A stretch of 64,000 nucleotides of DNA from Sphyrna mokarran (GCA_024679065.1 JAGIQG010000005.1:63116001-63180000), one strand, 5' to 3'; positions 1 to 13,900 are shown, counted from the first letter of the stretch. Program-made: numbers and translations. The notes: generated by a model not told the origin, from the letters alone.

Positions 1-1773
1 TGTTAACTCATATAATGAGTACAATTAAAGGGTTGCTTATGAATAATAAAAAGCAATTCAATTTTTTGCTCATCTCAAGACTGTCAGCGCAAAATATAAA
101 TAGAGAAAATCTCATAGATGAATTTTGTTCACTGCTATGCAGCAAAGTGACTTTCACCTTACAAAATGTATGCTTTTTATATAAAGGTCAACTGTTATAA
201 AGGAAAACCAGTTCTGCAACATTTATGACTCAATTGCTATCATTGTTTGAATTTTTGCCTGCAAGAGAGAGCTGGCAGGTGTATACAATTTTATGGTGTC
301 ACTATGGCCAATTTAAAAGCATCTTTGTTCAATTGAATTAAATTGAAGGAATGTTGGGGTGGGACAGACACAAACTCTGCAGATAGTCATTTGTAGCAAG
401 TCAGGCATGGAAAGATACAACAAATCTATTAACTGAAACTAAGCAGTTTCATGGTTATTCAAGCTAAATAGCATATCCTTTGCTTTTTGATAATTAATTC
501 TTATGAATCTGAAGGCAAGATTTGTGCTTTCAGTGGATCAGGCAACAACTTTAACATTGTGTCCATTTAATGAGCTTAAAATTGGTGTGATGATTCATTT
601 GGGTCCTTATATTCGGATCCTATTTTAGGTGACCTTGGTATACAATCTGAAGTGAACATGCACCCTATTTCAATGTTGAAATAAAGCTCTTTGATTTAGC
701 TCAGGATTGGTAAATTTGGAGGTAACTCAAAATAAGATACAAACTTCCAATGATGTAGAATTTGTGGTGCTGCGGGAGCTCTTTCTTGCTGATCATGACA
801 ATTGTAGGCCCACCCCTCCTGGGTATTTCCTTTGGCCTCTTCCCATCTGGGTGTACTTTGAGGTGTGTGACAGAGCTGGGATGGCTCGGACAAGTGACTG
901 ATATTGAAATGTTAACTGACACCGTAGATCATCAGAATTATTGTGATTAAAGGAGAATTAGTTTAATCCTCGGATCTATCTGTTTCAACTTGCCTCTGGA
1001 ACTGAGTTCATAAATATATCTATGCCCAGCAGTTTCTCAACCTATTTTTGACTTTAGCTGGGTCCCACAATTTCTGGTTACAAAAATTGCAGGATACACA
1101 ATTAAAGTCAATATTTTAAAAATGTGTAAATGTTTATGTGTATGCCCAACCTTTGTCAAAAGCCAATTTCTGTTCATTAGAGTGTTCTAAATCTTTGCTC
1201 ATTTCATTTTTAAGAAGTGATCTATCTCAACAGGTTTTTTTTCCTGAGTATACCAGATTTTACCAGCTTAGAGTATAGTCTGTTCTCTTAGTCATAAATT
1301 AAATAGGGTTGAGCAGCAGGAGTAGGTTTCTTTCAAACAACAAAAATTATCACAAGCGCTGAACTCTAAACCTGTATGACAACTTAGACAAACATTCCTG
1401 AGATTAATTAATTTGCATACAGAAAATACATGGTACAGAAAGAGCCTCATTGTTTGTTGCATTTTATTCCTTCACAGACTTTAACCTGTCGTGGGATTGC
1501 AGAACCTTCCTGAAGAAACCAGAAAGTTTGACATGAACCCTGTGAATGTGATCGCATTTCTTTAATGAGGCTGAAAGAACACAGGCAGCGAGCTTCACTT
1601 CTTGTTATCCTGAAACAATTTTAAGTGGAAAACAGAAAGTTTTGAACAAGTACATAGTGTAATAGCTTAAAGAAGAAGGATTGAAGCACTGCAGCTTTTG
1701 AGTTGCCAATTTTCCCTGGCTGACTGCCTTCAGTTCACTCAAATTTCACTGAGGATAGTGTGGTTACTTGAAA

Positions 1774-1889
1774 ATGAAGACAGAGAAGATAATGGACCTG
1801 AGCTTTTTGTCTGAGGAAGAACAGTTAGCTCTTCAGGAAGTCCTTCAAAGAGACACTGCTCTTCAAAAGCTTGAAGAAAACCGCATCAA
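1774..1889 (+). CDS. First coding exon of a synaptotagmin-like protein / Rab27 effector (Slp homology domain 1); best resemblance SYTL1, then SYTL2
   Basis: Manual translation MKTEKIMDLSFLSEEEQLALQEVLQRDTALQKLEENRI(K) matches the Slp motif DLSFL-x-EEEQ...VLQRD..L...EE.R. Phase-2 donor AA|GTAAGA at 1889/1890. Upstream acceptor ttttattccttcacag| at 1477/1478, so the exon is 1478-1889 including 5'UTR. Too short for the ORF track. No downstream exon recognised in the window. Confidence 0.88.
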
Positions 1890-2209
1890 GTAAGAATTTT
1901 TTTTTACTTCCTACATGACCATTGTTTCCCCATTTGTACTTGGCCTTTCCTTCTGTTCCTTTGTCCCTTGGATAAGGCTTCAAACAGAGGTTCCATCAAG
2001 CCTCTCAGGTCGACAGCAAGAGCACAAAGGGATTGGAAGAGTTGTTTCACTGAATATTCCCTGAACTAACAATGCTTAACAAATTACCTGGTCATTATTT
2101 TGATGCTGTTTGTTGGACCTTTTTGTGTGCAAGTTGACTGCTGTGCTTTCTGTACATTACAATAGTGACTAATTTCAAAGTAGTTTGGGGTGTCCTGAGA
2201 AGACATTCT

Positions 2210-3160
2210 GGCCAGAATTTTCTGGTCATTTGCACTGGTGGGATTCTGTCGATGAGTTGCAATGAACAGTGATTTGACTGAGCATCAAATTTTCCATCCT
2301 TATTTACAGTGATGATGGAGCAAGAATGGCCCAAAATTCTGGTCCCTTGATCTGCAACTCTTTGGGGTGATTTTCCAGCCTGCGCGTTCGTGCACAGATC
2401 ATGCTGTGTCAACATGGGGTTAGAGAATGCTGGGAGGCAGAGCCTTGTAAGCTTAGCACCAGCGAAAACTCCTTTGAGATTCCCTGGCCCCAATGCAATC
2501 TAGTTCACACAGCGAGGTCAGAAACCAGATTAGTATATTTAAATACTCAGCTCAAAATGCTTTGACTATTTTGAGCTGAATCCTCTCTACTCCTGAGTTT
2601 GTCTGACCCTTGGCTCAGCAGGAAATCAGTGTGAATCATGAGTGGCCTCCACAAGCAGAGACCAGCCATGATGACCATATCGGGGGATTCGGAGGCCATT
2701 GAAGTCTGGTCATGGGTGCTCATGAAAGGCTGGCCGCTCTGCATTGGAACCCTAACATTGGCACCCTGGTACTGTCCCTGGCAGTGCTAATCTAGTACTG
2801 TCCTGGCACCACCAACGTGGCCCTCCTCTGACATCCTGGCAGCACCAAAACTGCAGGAGCCTGAAGATGTTGAAGCTTATAGGGGAACCCGATTCCAGCA
2901 ATCTATGTTTTGGGAGGAAGAAACATAACATCAATGGGGGGTGGGGAAGGAATCCTATTTTCTTAGGAGGAGGAAATGTTCTCCCATTTGACTTTGAGAT
3001 CAGTTGGGCCTGGATTCTTTGAAGCACGTTTAAGTCTCACCACTGTCCGAATTGGTGTAAAACTTGCTCCTTTCCAAAAAGTGACTAAGTATAAGAAAAT
3101 TAAGATCCAATTCATGCTGGAACCAGTTTTTTCATCCAAAATGACGGAAAATTCTGCCCA
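2210..3160. mobile_element. Two adjacent non-autonomous TIR elements (MITE-like; GG(G/C)NGA(A/T)TTT termini)
   Basis: ggccagaattt...aaattctggtc (2211-2344) and ggggtgattttcc...ggaaaattctgccc (2363-3159) have imperfect terminal inverted repeats. Similar termini recur at ~39727-39831 and ~52518-52643. Confidence 0.55.
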
Positions 3161-3807
3161 GTGTTTTTTTTAGTGGATGGTCTTTAGTATATATGTGCTG
3201 TTAGATAAATATTTTCATTTTGTTATACTTTGCTCTTTACCTCTGTCCCTGAATGTTTTTGCTTAACGCAGCAATGCTATCTGATAGACACAGGTAAGAA
3301 TTCTCCAGCGATTAACACCCCACCACCGCTGAAAGTGAAGATAGAAAATTTGGCGTTCAGTCAAATACTGGAGACTTCCGCCCACTGTGTTTTGTTATAG
3401 TGCAGTATAATGCAGTAGCATTATGTTCCATGATATCCTGTGCTTTTGTATTCATTGCATTGACTTGATCTGAAACATGAAATTAATTATTTCTCTTAAC
3501 TGTATATTATGGTGCAGTTCCTCAATCAAAATTTATTGTAATTGACTTTTTTATTTCAGTTCATTTGGATGTTCAGTCTATAAACTGAAGTGTGCCTAGG
3601 CTGATCAAATATATTATTAGTCCCATAAAGATCTGTAGAATTCTTGGTTTATGCAATTTAGTGTAGGTAAGAAATTTTACTTTTATGAGGCAGTTTTGAT
3701 ACCCGTAAATCCAAATTGTCATTAACAATTATTAAGATTGAGTTAGTGCAATAAATTTATTTCTGATTTATTTGGTGATTTTTTTTCCTCCTCTTTTTTC
3801 CATGAAA

Positions 3808-4097
3808 GCAGCACTGTGGTTAGCACTGCTGCCCCATAGACTAGGGACCTGGGTTTGATTCTGCCCTGGGTCACTGTTTATGTGGACTCTGCACATTCTC
3901 TCTGTGACTGCATGGGTTTCCTCTGGGTGCTCTGATTTTCTCCCACAGTTTGAAAGACGTGCTGGATAGGAGCGTTAGCCATGCTAAATTCTCACACAGT
4001 GTACCCAAACAGGTGCTGGAGTATGGCAAAGAAGGGATTTTCACAATAACTTCATTGCAATGTTAATGTAGGCTTCCCCGTGACACTAATAAATAAA
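3808..4097 (+). mobile_element. tRNA-derived V-SINE (HE1-related)
   Basis: A box gtggttagcac, B box gggtttgattc, V-domain tgggtttcctctgggtgctc..tttctcccaca, tail taataaataaa. Confidence 0.85.
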
Positions 4098-5321
4098 TTC
4101 CACATTCTATACCTACTTCTCCACATGAAGAAAGGAATCTTGTTTCTTGTTTTCAATCAGTGCTGCTCCTACAGCTGACTAATACAAGGTGTGGCTGGTT
4201 AGCCCAGTTTCGCGGTGGTTTCGCTTTTGACTTCTCTATTCCTCCTGGCTTTCAGAGTTCAAAATTTAAAACTCTGTTTAAGAAAATGGGAGTAATTGTA
4301 ATGTTGGAAGACGCTGTAAAACAGCAAGATTGAGCTGTCATCCCTATTGGACAGGGTCTTTATATCTGAGGTGTATATGGTGCGTATAATTTTATATTGT
4401 GCACTGGCATCACGTTTCAATATTAAATTTCCCCATGTATATTTAAAGCATTAACCAGAAATTGGCCTTTTTACTTTCTCACTGCTGCTTACTTCTGTGA
4501 AATTCTCATACATAAATAATAAAAAATAGTCAATGGTCTTAAATTAGAAAATCTCCACTAAAATGTTCACTCCTTCCCTCTGTTACTAACACAATATAAA
4601 AAATATTTCAGTATCACAACATATTTTTCTGTTTTTGTCATTTCATTTTTTGGGTGTGGGTGGTATGGATCCCTCTGTGCTGGGTGTTGGAGGGAGTGTA
4701 GCGTCGATCGCTCTGCTGGTGGCGTGGGAAACGGCCAGCTCTGCAGTTTGATCAGAGTATAAGTTACATTTAACTGCAGGGTGGCGCCTGCAAGATGGAG
4801 ATTGGGTGTCTTGATAGGCCATGGGATATATTGCTGTGGCCACAAAGAAAGTGGTGGTTGTTGGCAGTTGCTCACTGGAGTGGAGGCAATGATATTTCCT
4901 CTGGTGGCTTCCTAAAGCAATAGAGATTAGGATTGTCGTCTCAATGATTGAGACATTAATCTTTGTTCTTCCTACCACAGTTGCCATTTTAAATTATATT
5001 ATAAAAATCACCATAATCGGCTATTACAGGTGAAACATTCAATAAAGGAACCCCGACGTTAAAAACAGCTATGTACATCAATAATTTATGTCTCCTGTAT
5101 AGTTCAGACAAATTATTTTAATTAAGTAGATAAACACAGCATAAATTTGATTTGGTCTAGCACCAAAAGAGATTGCTGATGTTCTGGACGTTGTTAATGA
5201 GGAGGCAGCTCTGCCTGGAGATTTCAATGACTCTATCCGCAGATTACAATCAACAATTTTACTTGTCTCTAATCTACTGGAAGGAGATAAACATGCATTT
5301 CAATATAATTTAATCTTTTTA

Positions 5322-5590
5322 ATTTGTTCATGGGATATGGGCATCATTAGTTAGACCAGCATTTAGTGCCCATCCCTAACTGCCCTTGGTAATGGTGAGC
5401 TGCTGCCTTGAACCACTGCAGTTCTTGTCGTGTAAGCATTCTCATAGAGCTGCAAAGAGCGGAAATCTCAGATTTTGATCCAGCTGAAGTCTTGGAACGC
5501 TAGTATAGTTCCAAGTCAGGATGGTGTGTGGCTTGGAGGGGAGTTTGCAGGTGATTGTGTTGCCATGCATCCACCATCCTGCTCTTCCAC
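5322..5590 (-). mobile_element. CR1/L2-group LINE 3' fragment
   Basis: Reverse complement of the recurrent 3' end caagggcagttagggatgggcactaaatgctgg; same family at ~20160-20275, 28110-28275, 36095-36480, 38385-38860 and 55995-56310. Confidence 0.7.
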
Positions 5591-5596
5591 TGTTGG

Positions 5597-5805
5597 GAGG
5601 GGTTAGTTTAGCACAGTTGGCTAGATGGCTGGTTCGTGATGCAGAGTGATGCTAACAGCACAGGGGTTTGATTTCCATAGCGGCTAATGTTATTCATGAA
5701 GGCCCTGCCTTCTCAATCTTACTTCTTGCCTGAGGTGCGGTGATCCTCAGGTTAAATCATCACCTGTCAGCCATTGGCCATCTGGGGAACTATAGTGCCT
5801 TTGTT
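5597..5805 (+). mobile_element. tRNA-derived SINE
   Basis: tRNA-like head tagcacagttgg...ggtttgatttcc followed by gcctgaggtgcggtgatcctcaggttaaa body. Confidence 0.6.
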
Positions 5806-6577
5806 TAGTTTGTTCCACTGTTCATCTGAGAGTAAATTAAAATAAAAATATCAAATGAAAGCCAGGTCAGGTATTCAAAACTGTTAATAGTTTGTCTCAC
5901 AGCTTCACAGACTGTCATTCCAGACACAGAAGCTATGATTATTTCCTCTATAAAGAACGTCTGCTTGTTGCTATGGACATTACATTTATTATTAATGAGA
6001 AGAATAAATAATCAAGCCATCTGTTAAACTGGGAGAATTCTTCAATCAGGATCTGCAAGTGTAGTTGACACATTCAGAATACTTATTCTATGAGAATCTT
6101 CAGCCCGCTTTTCCAACATGACAAAAATAGATATGGATGAGGAAGACCACCCATACCAGTTATAACTCCTGCTGTGACAGAAATGCTATGTTGGCTCTTT
6201 TTCTTTCCTTTCTTAAACAAGGGAAAAGTTTGACAACACTTTCTTTTGGATGTGATTATTGTAATAGAGCCACTGTGGTCAATTTTAATCCGATTAGACT
6301 CTGGATTGTCTCTCTCAGCGACTTCATCCCTGGCCACTCAGGACCTACTTTGTTGCCAGCCTGCTACCTTTTAGGCTATTCAATATTGTCCATCCTGTTT
6401 GACTGGCAGCTCATCCATTCCATTTCAATTAGCCTGCTGAATGCTGCTCAGACAGGGTAGCCCACAAATTCCCTGGTGCCACCACTTAAACTTTGCAATT
6501 ACAATCTGTCCCACCAACTGAATTAGAAGGTGTTTTATTAAAAATTATCTTGTGCACCATCAGCTGGAGAGTTGGCT

Positions 6578-6985
6578 ACTTATTTGATTTGATTTATTAT
6601 TGTCACACATTTTGGGGTACAGTGAAAAATGTTGTTTCTTGTGTACTCTACAAAGCAATACTGTTCATAGAGTACACAGTGAGAAGGAAAAAAGAAGTGT
6701 AGAATGTAATGTTACAATCATAGCTAGGGTATACAGAAGGATCAGCTTAATTTAAGGTAGGTCCATTCAAACGTCTGATGGCAACAGGGAAGCTGTTCTT
6801 GAGTCAGTTGATATGTATTCTTAGACATTTGTATCTTTTTCCTGACTGAAGAAAGTGGGAGAGACCGTGTCTGAGGTGCATGAAGTGGATGATTATGATG
6901 GCTGCTCTTTGGAGGGAAGGAAGTGTAGGCAGAGTCATATACAAATATGAATAGAGATTGATAACTTTTGAAAAGATATTTGAAT
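6578..6985 (-). mobile_element. Rex1/Babar LINE 3' fragment
   Basis: ORF 6804-7013 contains HFLQSGKRYKCLRIHIN (Rex1 ORF2 C-terminus, LPSGRRYRSLR-like); (aaatc)n/aataaa tail. Confidence 0.7.
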
Positions 6986-7029
6986 TCCAGTGACAAACCA
7001 GATTGCACAACAAAATTTCAAATTTTAAT

Positions 7030-7650
7030 CACAAAAGGTTGGTTTGCAGTTGCAGCAGGTAATTATGAAGGCAAATGGAACTTTGTCCTTCATTGCTAGA
7101 GCAATGGTGTTTAAAAACAGCAAGGTTATGTTGCAGCTGTATAAGGTACTGGTGAGGCCATATCTGGAGTACTGTGTATAGTTTTGATCTCCTTACTTGA
7201 GAATGGATATACTGGCACCGGAAGGGTTGCAGAGGAGTTTCACTAGGTTGATTCTGGAGTTGAGAGGCTTGGATTTTGAAGAGAGACTGAGTAGACTGGG
7301 ACTATACTCATTGGAATTCAGAAGAATAAGGAGAGATCTTATAGAAACATATAAGATTATGAAGAGAATTGATAAGTCAGAAGCAGAGAAGTTGTTTCCA
7401 CTAGCTGGTGAAACCAGAACTAGGGGGCATGACCTCAAAATAAGGGGGAGCAGATTTAGGACTGAGTTGATGAAGAATTTCTCCACACACAGGGTAATGA
7501 ATCTGTCAAATTCCCTGCCCAGTGAAACAATTGATGCTACCTCATTGAATGTTTTTAAGGCAAAGTTTGATAAATTTTTGAATAGTGAAGTAATTGAGGG
7601 TTATAGGGAGTGGGCGGTAAATGGAGCTGAGTGCATGAGAAAATCAACGA
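7030..7650 (+). mobile_element. CR1 (HER1-like) LINE 3' fragment
   Basis: ORF 7197-7706: ERLSRLGLYSLEFRRIRRDLIETYKI...TRGHDLKI...NSLP, the CR1 ORF2 C-terminus. Confidence 0.92.
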
Positions 7651-7654
7651 TGAA

Positions 7655-8170
7655 TTCAGCAGATCTGCCAGCACCTGTTAGCAGAGAAACAGAGTTAATG
7701 TTTTGAGTCCTCTGACTCTTCATCAAAACTGAATGGAGGGCGTATATGTTAGAGCTGTGGAAACTGCAACTGTAAGAACAAAAGACTCATGACCTGATGC
7801 AAGGGTAGCAAGGTGCTCATTGATGCAATACATGTGTGGGGTAGTTTCATTTAAAAAGAGTTAAAGATGTTAGAGAATGGTCACAAACTAAAATTGCTGA
7901 AATTAATATTGAATCCCAAGAGCTGCAATGTGCCCAACCTGAGGATGAGTTGCTGCTCCAGGATTCTTTCGAGCATTGCAGCAGGTCAAGGTGGAATATG
8001 TGGCTGTGAGGGCAAGATGCTGAGTTAAAATGGCATCTAACAGGAAGGTTGGCATCATGCTTGTAGACTGAATAAAGGTGTTTCGCAAAGTGGTTCTCCA
8101 GTCTGTGTTTTGTCTCCTCAGTGGAGAGAAAACTGCATTGGGAGCAGTGAGAACAGAAGACCAAATAGAC
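7655..8170 (-). mobile_element. Penelope-like element remnant (GIY-YIG endonuclease plus degenerate hammerhead at 3' end)
   Basis: ORF 7847-8164 CSQCSFLSTEETKHRLENHFAKH...LPVRCHFNS is a decayed CxxC-LLYIGET-RL-RF-EH...HFN GIY-YIG. The minus strand at 7692-7730 reads tTGATGAa-GAGTC-agag-GACTC-aAAAC. Confidence 0.85.
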
Positions 8171-8191
8171 GCCCCCCCACCCCTACTGCTG

Positions 8192-8470
8192 AGGGCACAC
8201 AATGGTTAACATTGCTGTCTCACAGCATCAGGAACCCAGGATTGAATCCTGGCTTGGGTCACTGCCTATGTGAAGTTTGCATGTTCTGCGTGGATGTGTC
8301 TGCATGGGTTTCTTCCGGGTGCTCCATTTTCCTACTACAATCTAAAAGGCATGCTGGTTCAGTGCATTGATCTGAACGGGTGCTGGAGTGTGGCGACCAT
8401 GAGATTTTCACAATAACTTCGTGGCAGTATTAATGTCAGACTTACTTGTGACTAAATAAATTAATTTTAA
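8192..8470 (+). mobile_element. V-SINE (HE1-related)
   Basis: Same head, V-domain and tail as 3808-4097. Confidence 0.85.
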
Positions 8471-9016
8471 CTTTATCCTCTATGCAAGGATTAACATAAA
8501 ATTGCATGGACAGTATCTTCCATGGAATCCCCCCGGCAACCTCAAGATGATTTTATGTTGGGACAGAAAGGGACTCAGACTGGAATCCCATCCATGTCTT
8601 AATTAATCCTCCCAGTGGGTTGAGTGGCTGGTGGATGGGCACAGAGAATCTGCAAAAGTTAGAAGGCAGAAATCTATTGGTGTAAAATCAGATCACTATT
8701 CTCTCAAACATGGGTTAATAGTGGGTTACTTTTCCTGCTGGCAAATGGTACAAATGTCATTTGCATTTCATGAATGGTCTTTAAATCAGCCTTTTCAATC
8801 TTACATCGTGCCAATGGGAAGATTACTCCAGTGTTAAACCAGATTGCTAAAAGGCACATGCACAAGGTAGTCCTCAGTTTGCCAGAGACTTTGAGCTGAA
8901 TGCAACAAAGTCTTTCAGCCCCGTACAATGTTGCTCTCCATGTGCTGTATATTACTCTGCTTGGATAGACCTGCCTCCAACAATGAACCCTCTTGTATCA
9001 CTGATTGCTCAATTCA

Positions 9017-9165
9017 TAAAGCCTACCTCTTCGACCAAGCTTTTCGCATCTGATTTACTATCTCCTTATGTGGTTCACTGTCGTACTTGGTTTTGCAATG
9101 CTCAAGTGAGCTGCCTCGGGATGTTGCATCGGTGAAAGGTACTGCATCAGTATAAGTTGTTGTTA
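9017..9165 (+). mobile_element. L2 LINE 3' end
   Basis: aaagcctacctcttcgaccaagcttt (KAYLFDQAF) and tail ataagttgttgtt. Confidence 0.65.
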
Positions 9166-9310
9166 TTAGCTATTGTTGTTAAACAAAATAACTAGGCTCT
9201 GTCAATAAAGGGAATGACCACAAATTCTGACATTGAAAGGAATAATGCTTGAAAGCCACACTAGTTGATCAGCTGATAAATGATAAAGTTAATGTTTCAA
9301 TTGTAATCCT

Positions 9311-9379
9311 TTGTCAGAACTGATGGAAAAATAAGATAGTTATTTTTCTGTTGTCAGAACTGATGGAAAAATAAGGTAG
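9311..9379. repeat. Short direct duplication (29 bp x2)
   Basis: ttgtcagaactgatggaaaaataag(a/g)tag at 9311 and 9351. Confidence 0.9.
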
Positions 9380-10901
9380 CAAGGAAGAAGATAATAACTG
9401 CTCATATCACTGTTGATTTCAGGGGATGTATTAGATCAGTTTCACAAAAAAGTTGATTTATGCAGGGTTGAATAGTTTTTTTGTGAGTGTCCCAATGTAT
9501 TGCCATCTGAAAGGAACTCCAAAACATGAAATCCTCATCATCATCCTTATAAACTTGAACTGTCCTCTTGCATCACACCTGATGGCATCATAATGGGTAA
9601 ATCATTGTACAAAATGACTTCCGGAGAATCTGGCTGCCAGGTGCTATGCAGCTGTTTGGAGAGTTGCCTGCACATCATTAACAGAGATGAATGCAGAAGA
9701 ATCCCACCTATTCATCTGTCACCGTGGTAATCATTTTAGAATGAATAAATGTTGCTTCATCAGTGGAAATAAATTTGCATTCAAAGAAACCCAGGAAGAT
9801 GACCATTGTCCATATCTTATAGAAAGATAATCACAACCAAAGCTCTGATCTCTACCCATCCAATTCTCATTAACACAAAAGACATTCCCAATTGGAAAGA
9901 GTACAGAAAAATTGGACTTGGCCACAGCATGTAAAAATGCTGTAACTAGAAAAATGATCAGAGGCCCAGGGTATTGGGAAACGAGTGACGGTTTTTCATT
10001 AAGAATTAAGATGAAAGAGAATCAAATTTATCAGGCAGAATAATATTCCATTTTTAAAATTTTGTCAGGTTCAATTTTACTTGTGTGCAGGATGGCACTG
10101 GGGTTAAGCCATATTTAATTTGGAAAAAAACTTACAGTATTAATGGAACCAGAACGAAGTAGAATAATGGAGCCATATAATCTGTGCAATTAGAAATATT
10201 ACCCATGAAGGGCTTAGTGGTGTAAGTAGGTGGGATTTTGGGAATTGGGATTGGGTAGTTGCTACAAGGATTCTATGATAATACTCCACCAACATTTGTT
10301 TATATACAAGGTAAGACAAATTTTGAATAAACTTAACGTTTGAGCAAAATTTATTTTCAAAGAATTTTCAATTAGACCGGTTGGGAAGGAAATTGGACTC
10401 GGTCATGTTCATTAATTGTGCACTATCAGTTATGATCAAAGGTCAAAATTGCATCCTCTGTGCACCAATAATTGTGGTATGAATTTCGTTGGATGTGACT
10501 TGCTGAAGGCTTAGAATATGCACAACTAACGTCCACTGGAAGTGCACAGGATTTCCTGTCCCCCATCAGAGTGGGACCTACTATAAGGAATTCAGGGGCA
10601 GGACCCTAAGTCTATTGACTTTCAGCAGGGATGGTTGGAGTTGGATAATCTTGCCTAAAGTCAGCCAGTGTGCATTGCCAATCTGATGTCAGCATTGCCA
10701 TTTTAGAGCTTAAACTCCAACTGACCGCAATCTTGCATGACTGAATCTGTTAAGCAGCATGAACGAACCACCCATCAGAACTATTCAAAACTGTCATCTG
10801 CTAATGGTTGATTTCTTCTTGCTTTTGGAATGATTTTACAATTTTTTTTGGAGTTTTCCAAGTTGTTTCAACTTGCAAAAATCTGCAAGGAGTAATGTGA
10901 C

Positions 10902-13900
10902 TGTAATAATTTCATGGAGTTGAAGGTCCCGTTACTAAGGTTTCTTTATTTACAAGAGAATGTTATACAACGGAACTCTCGCTCTCAGTTGCTTCCTGCT
11001 TTAGCAGGCAGAGAGATTAACATAACTGCTTTAAATAGGGAACATGAGGTTCCTTGATTGGACTGAGAATTCGGATTCATCAGGAAGTACATACCCTAGC
11101 AGGCCAACGCCATTAATCATCACACTCCTTCCCCTCCTCCTCTCCCTAAATTTGAGGAATCCTCTTAGCTTGCTCTTCTTGGACCCTTTTTCTTCTGCTT
11201 GAGCCCTGGGTCTGGATCCTCCAACTTGGCCTCTGACGTTGATGGGGTGTAATATTCGGGCACCCATCTCCTCTGCAGTGAACACCAGAGGGCTGGTTCC
11301 TCTTCCACATCAGGTGGTATGGGAACCACTGCTGCTTTGTCCCCTGTGTCCATCACAAACTCTGAGGTCCCCACTGGGGTGGGGGATTAATCTTCGAGGG
11401 GGACTCTGCTTATCCCCAGGACTGTAAGGCAGATTCAGCTCAAGAACAGGTGGAGAGTTTGAGGCACAGATCTGGACCAGGTGTTATCTCACAACTGCCT
11501 TACTCGTGCATACTCGATAGGATCCTGACCCCATCTTGGATTTGATTATTCCTGTTGTCTATGTGGGTCCAGTAATTTAATTTCTTACCCAAGCTTTCTC
11601 ACCAGCATTAAATTGCCTCTCTTGGTGAGTGTTGTCATGGCCCCTGCATTGGGCTTCTTGGTGTCTTTCTAATTTCCCTCCCAAGTTTGGAAATAACAGG
11701 CTCAGTCTGGTGTGAGTTGTCTGCGCATCAGTAACTCTGCTGGAGTGATTTCATGGTGATGTATGGAGTGATCCTATAACTGAATAAGTGGTATGAGAAA
11801 TATAACCTTATAAGTAAGTCCCATAGCTGAATAAGTAGCGTCTCTAATGTTGCCACAGCTATTTTTTCAACCCAGCTTTCAAGGCCTGGGCTGTTGTCTC
11901 CATTAGCCCATTTGATGCTGAGTAATATGATGCCATCTTGATGCACTGAATCCTGTTAGATTTCATAAATTTTGTGAACTCTAGGCTGATGAAAACTGAT
12001 CCATTGTTGGAAACTAACACCTCTGGGATCCCATGTATTGCAAACAAGGTGCACAGTTTCTCAATGGTTGCCATTATGTTTGCCGAGTTCAGTTTGTAAA
12101 CGTTCAACCATTTGGAATGGGCATCTATTATTACCAAAAACACGGACCCCATAAACAGACCTGCAAAATCGACATGGAGTTATGACCATGGTCTACCTGG
12201 CCATTCCCATGGGTGCAGTGGGGCTATCAGTTTTGTCTTCTGCCCCTGTTGCCAGTTCTGGCACTGTCCCATAATTCCGATATGTCCTCCAGACTTGGCC
12301 AACAGACATAGCTCTTAGCCAGCATCTTCATTTTTGACACTCCAGAGTGCCCATGGTATAGATTGGTCTGATGCCCTCGTCTTGGGACTATGACCAGTAC
12401 TCTCCATAGCAGTATCCTGTTTTCCAGTTTTCTGCTCTCTTCTGCTACAGTATGGGTGGAACTGTGGTTGGACTGGTCTTTCCAACTTCCCTGTTAGCAC
12501 CAGGTGCTTCACCTTTGCTAATACAAGGTCTTTCTGTGTCCGCTAGTGTATATCGTGTGCATCCACCAGGAGGATATCCAAGAAACTTCACGTCATCACG
12601 GTCTCCTTTTCTTCTGGTACCAATGGTGGAGTGTCTGGTAATGTAACCTGCTTAGGGCATCAGCATTGCCACTCAAGTCCCTGGCCAGTGCTCCAAATGA
12701 TATTTGTATTCTACAAGCAATAATGCCCAGCACTGGATCTGGACTGAAACTATTGGCAGCACTGCTTTGTCCTCAAGTAGGTGATCAAGAGTTTATGATC
12801 TGTGATGATTGTGAATTTCCACCTGTATAAGTATTGGTGGAACATTTTAACTGCAAAGATTACAGCCAGACTTTTTTCAATTTGGGCATATCTTCATTCT
12901 GCTATTGCTAGGGCCCTGGAGGCACATGCCATTGGCTGTTCCTATCAGTTTTGCCATCTGTGTGCCAGGATTGAGCCAATCCCATATGAGGATGGGTCAC
13001 AAGTAAGCATTAATTCCCTTTTGAGGTCATAGTGTGCATTTTCGAATGAGAGTTGCTGTTTAATTTTCTTGAAGACTTGGTCTTGGTGAGTTGACCGTTC
13101 ATAGGCTTGCCCCTTTTTTAGCAACTAGTGGAGGGGATCCAGAATTGAGGCCCTATTCTATATGAATTTTCTGTAGTATGTCACCAGTCCTAGAAATGAC
13201 CATTACTCCTGGATGGTGGTGGGGCCAGGGGTGTCTTTTACTGCTCACACCTGATCCTACAGAGGATGTAGGCTTGACTTTTATTTACTTTGTTCCCAAA
13301 GTGACACATTTTTCTCTTTTCAAACACACCCCCATTGTGTCAATCTCCTTAAGACTTCCTCTAGGTTCTGCACATGTTTTGCCCTTATTTTTCCCATAAT
13401 GAAAACATCATGCAGGTAAATGGCACCCTGTAGTAACCCCTGTAGGATGGTCTCCATGGTCCTCTGGAATATAGCACAAGCTGACGATACCCCGAAAGTT
13501 AATCTTTTATATTGGATGAGGCGTTTCAGTGTATTTATTGTGGCAAATCTATGGATCGTCATCCAGCCATAGCTGCAGGTATGCGTGGCTTGTGACCAGT
13601 TTTGTGTGAATAGGAATCCTCCTGCCAGCTTTGCGTAAAGATCCTCAATCTGGGAATTGAGTATTTATCCATCTGAGTGTAATGATTTATTGTCTGTCTG
13701 AAATAGTACAAAGACACACCAAGACGTATGGCTTTATGATAGGTAATTGGTGCCACCCATTCTGAAAACTGGACTGATTTTGTTCTTCCTTTGTGTTGCC
13801 ATCATTTAATTTCCATGTCAGCTTTTTCCCTTTATGCAAATGATACTAGCCACACCTGGCAAAACTCTGGGATTGCTTCCAAGTCAACGTGTAATATCTC

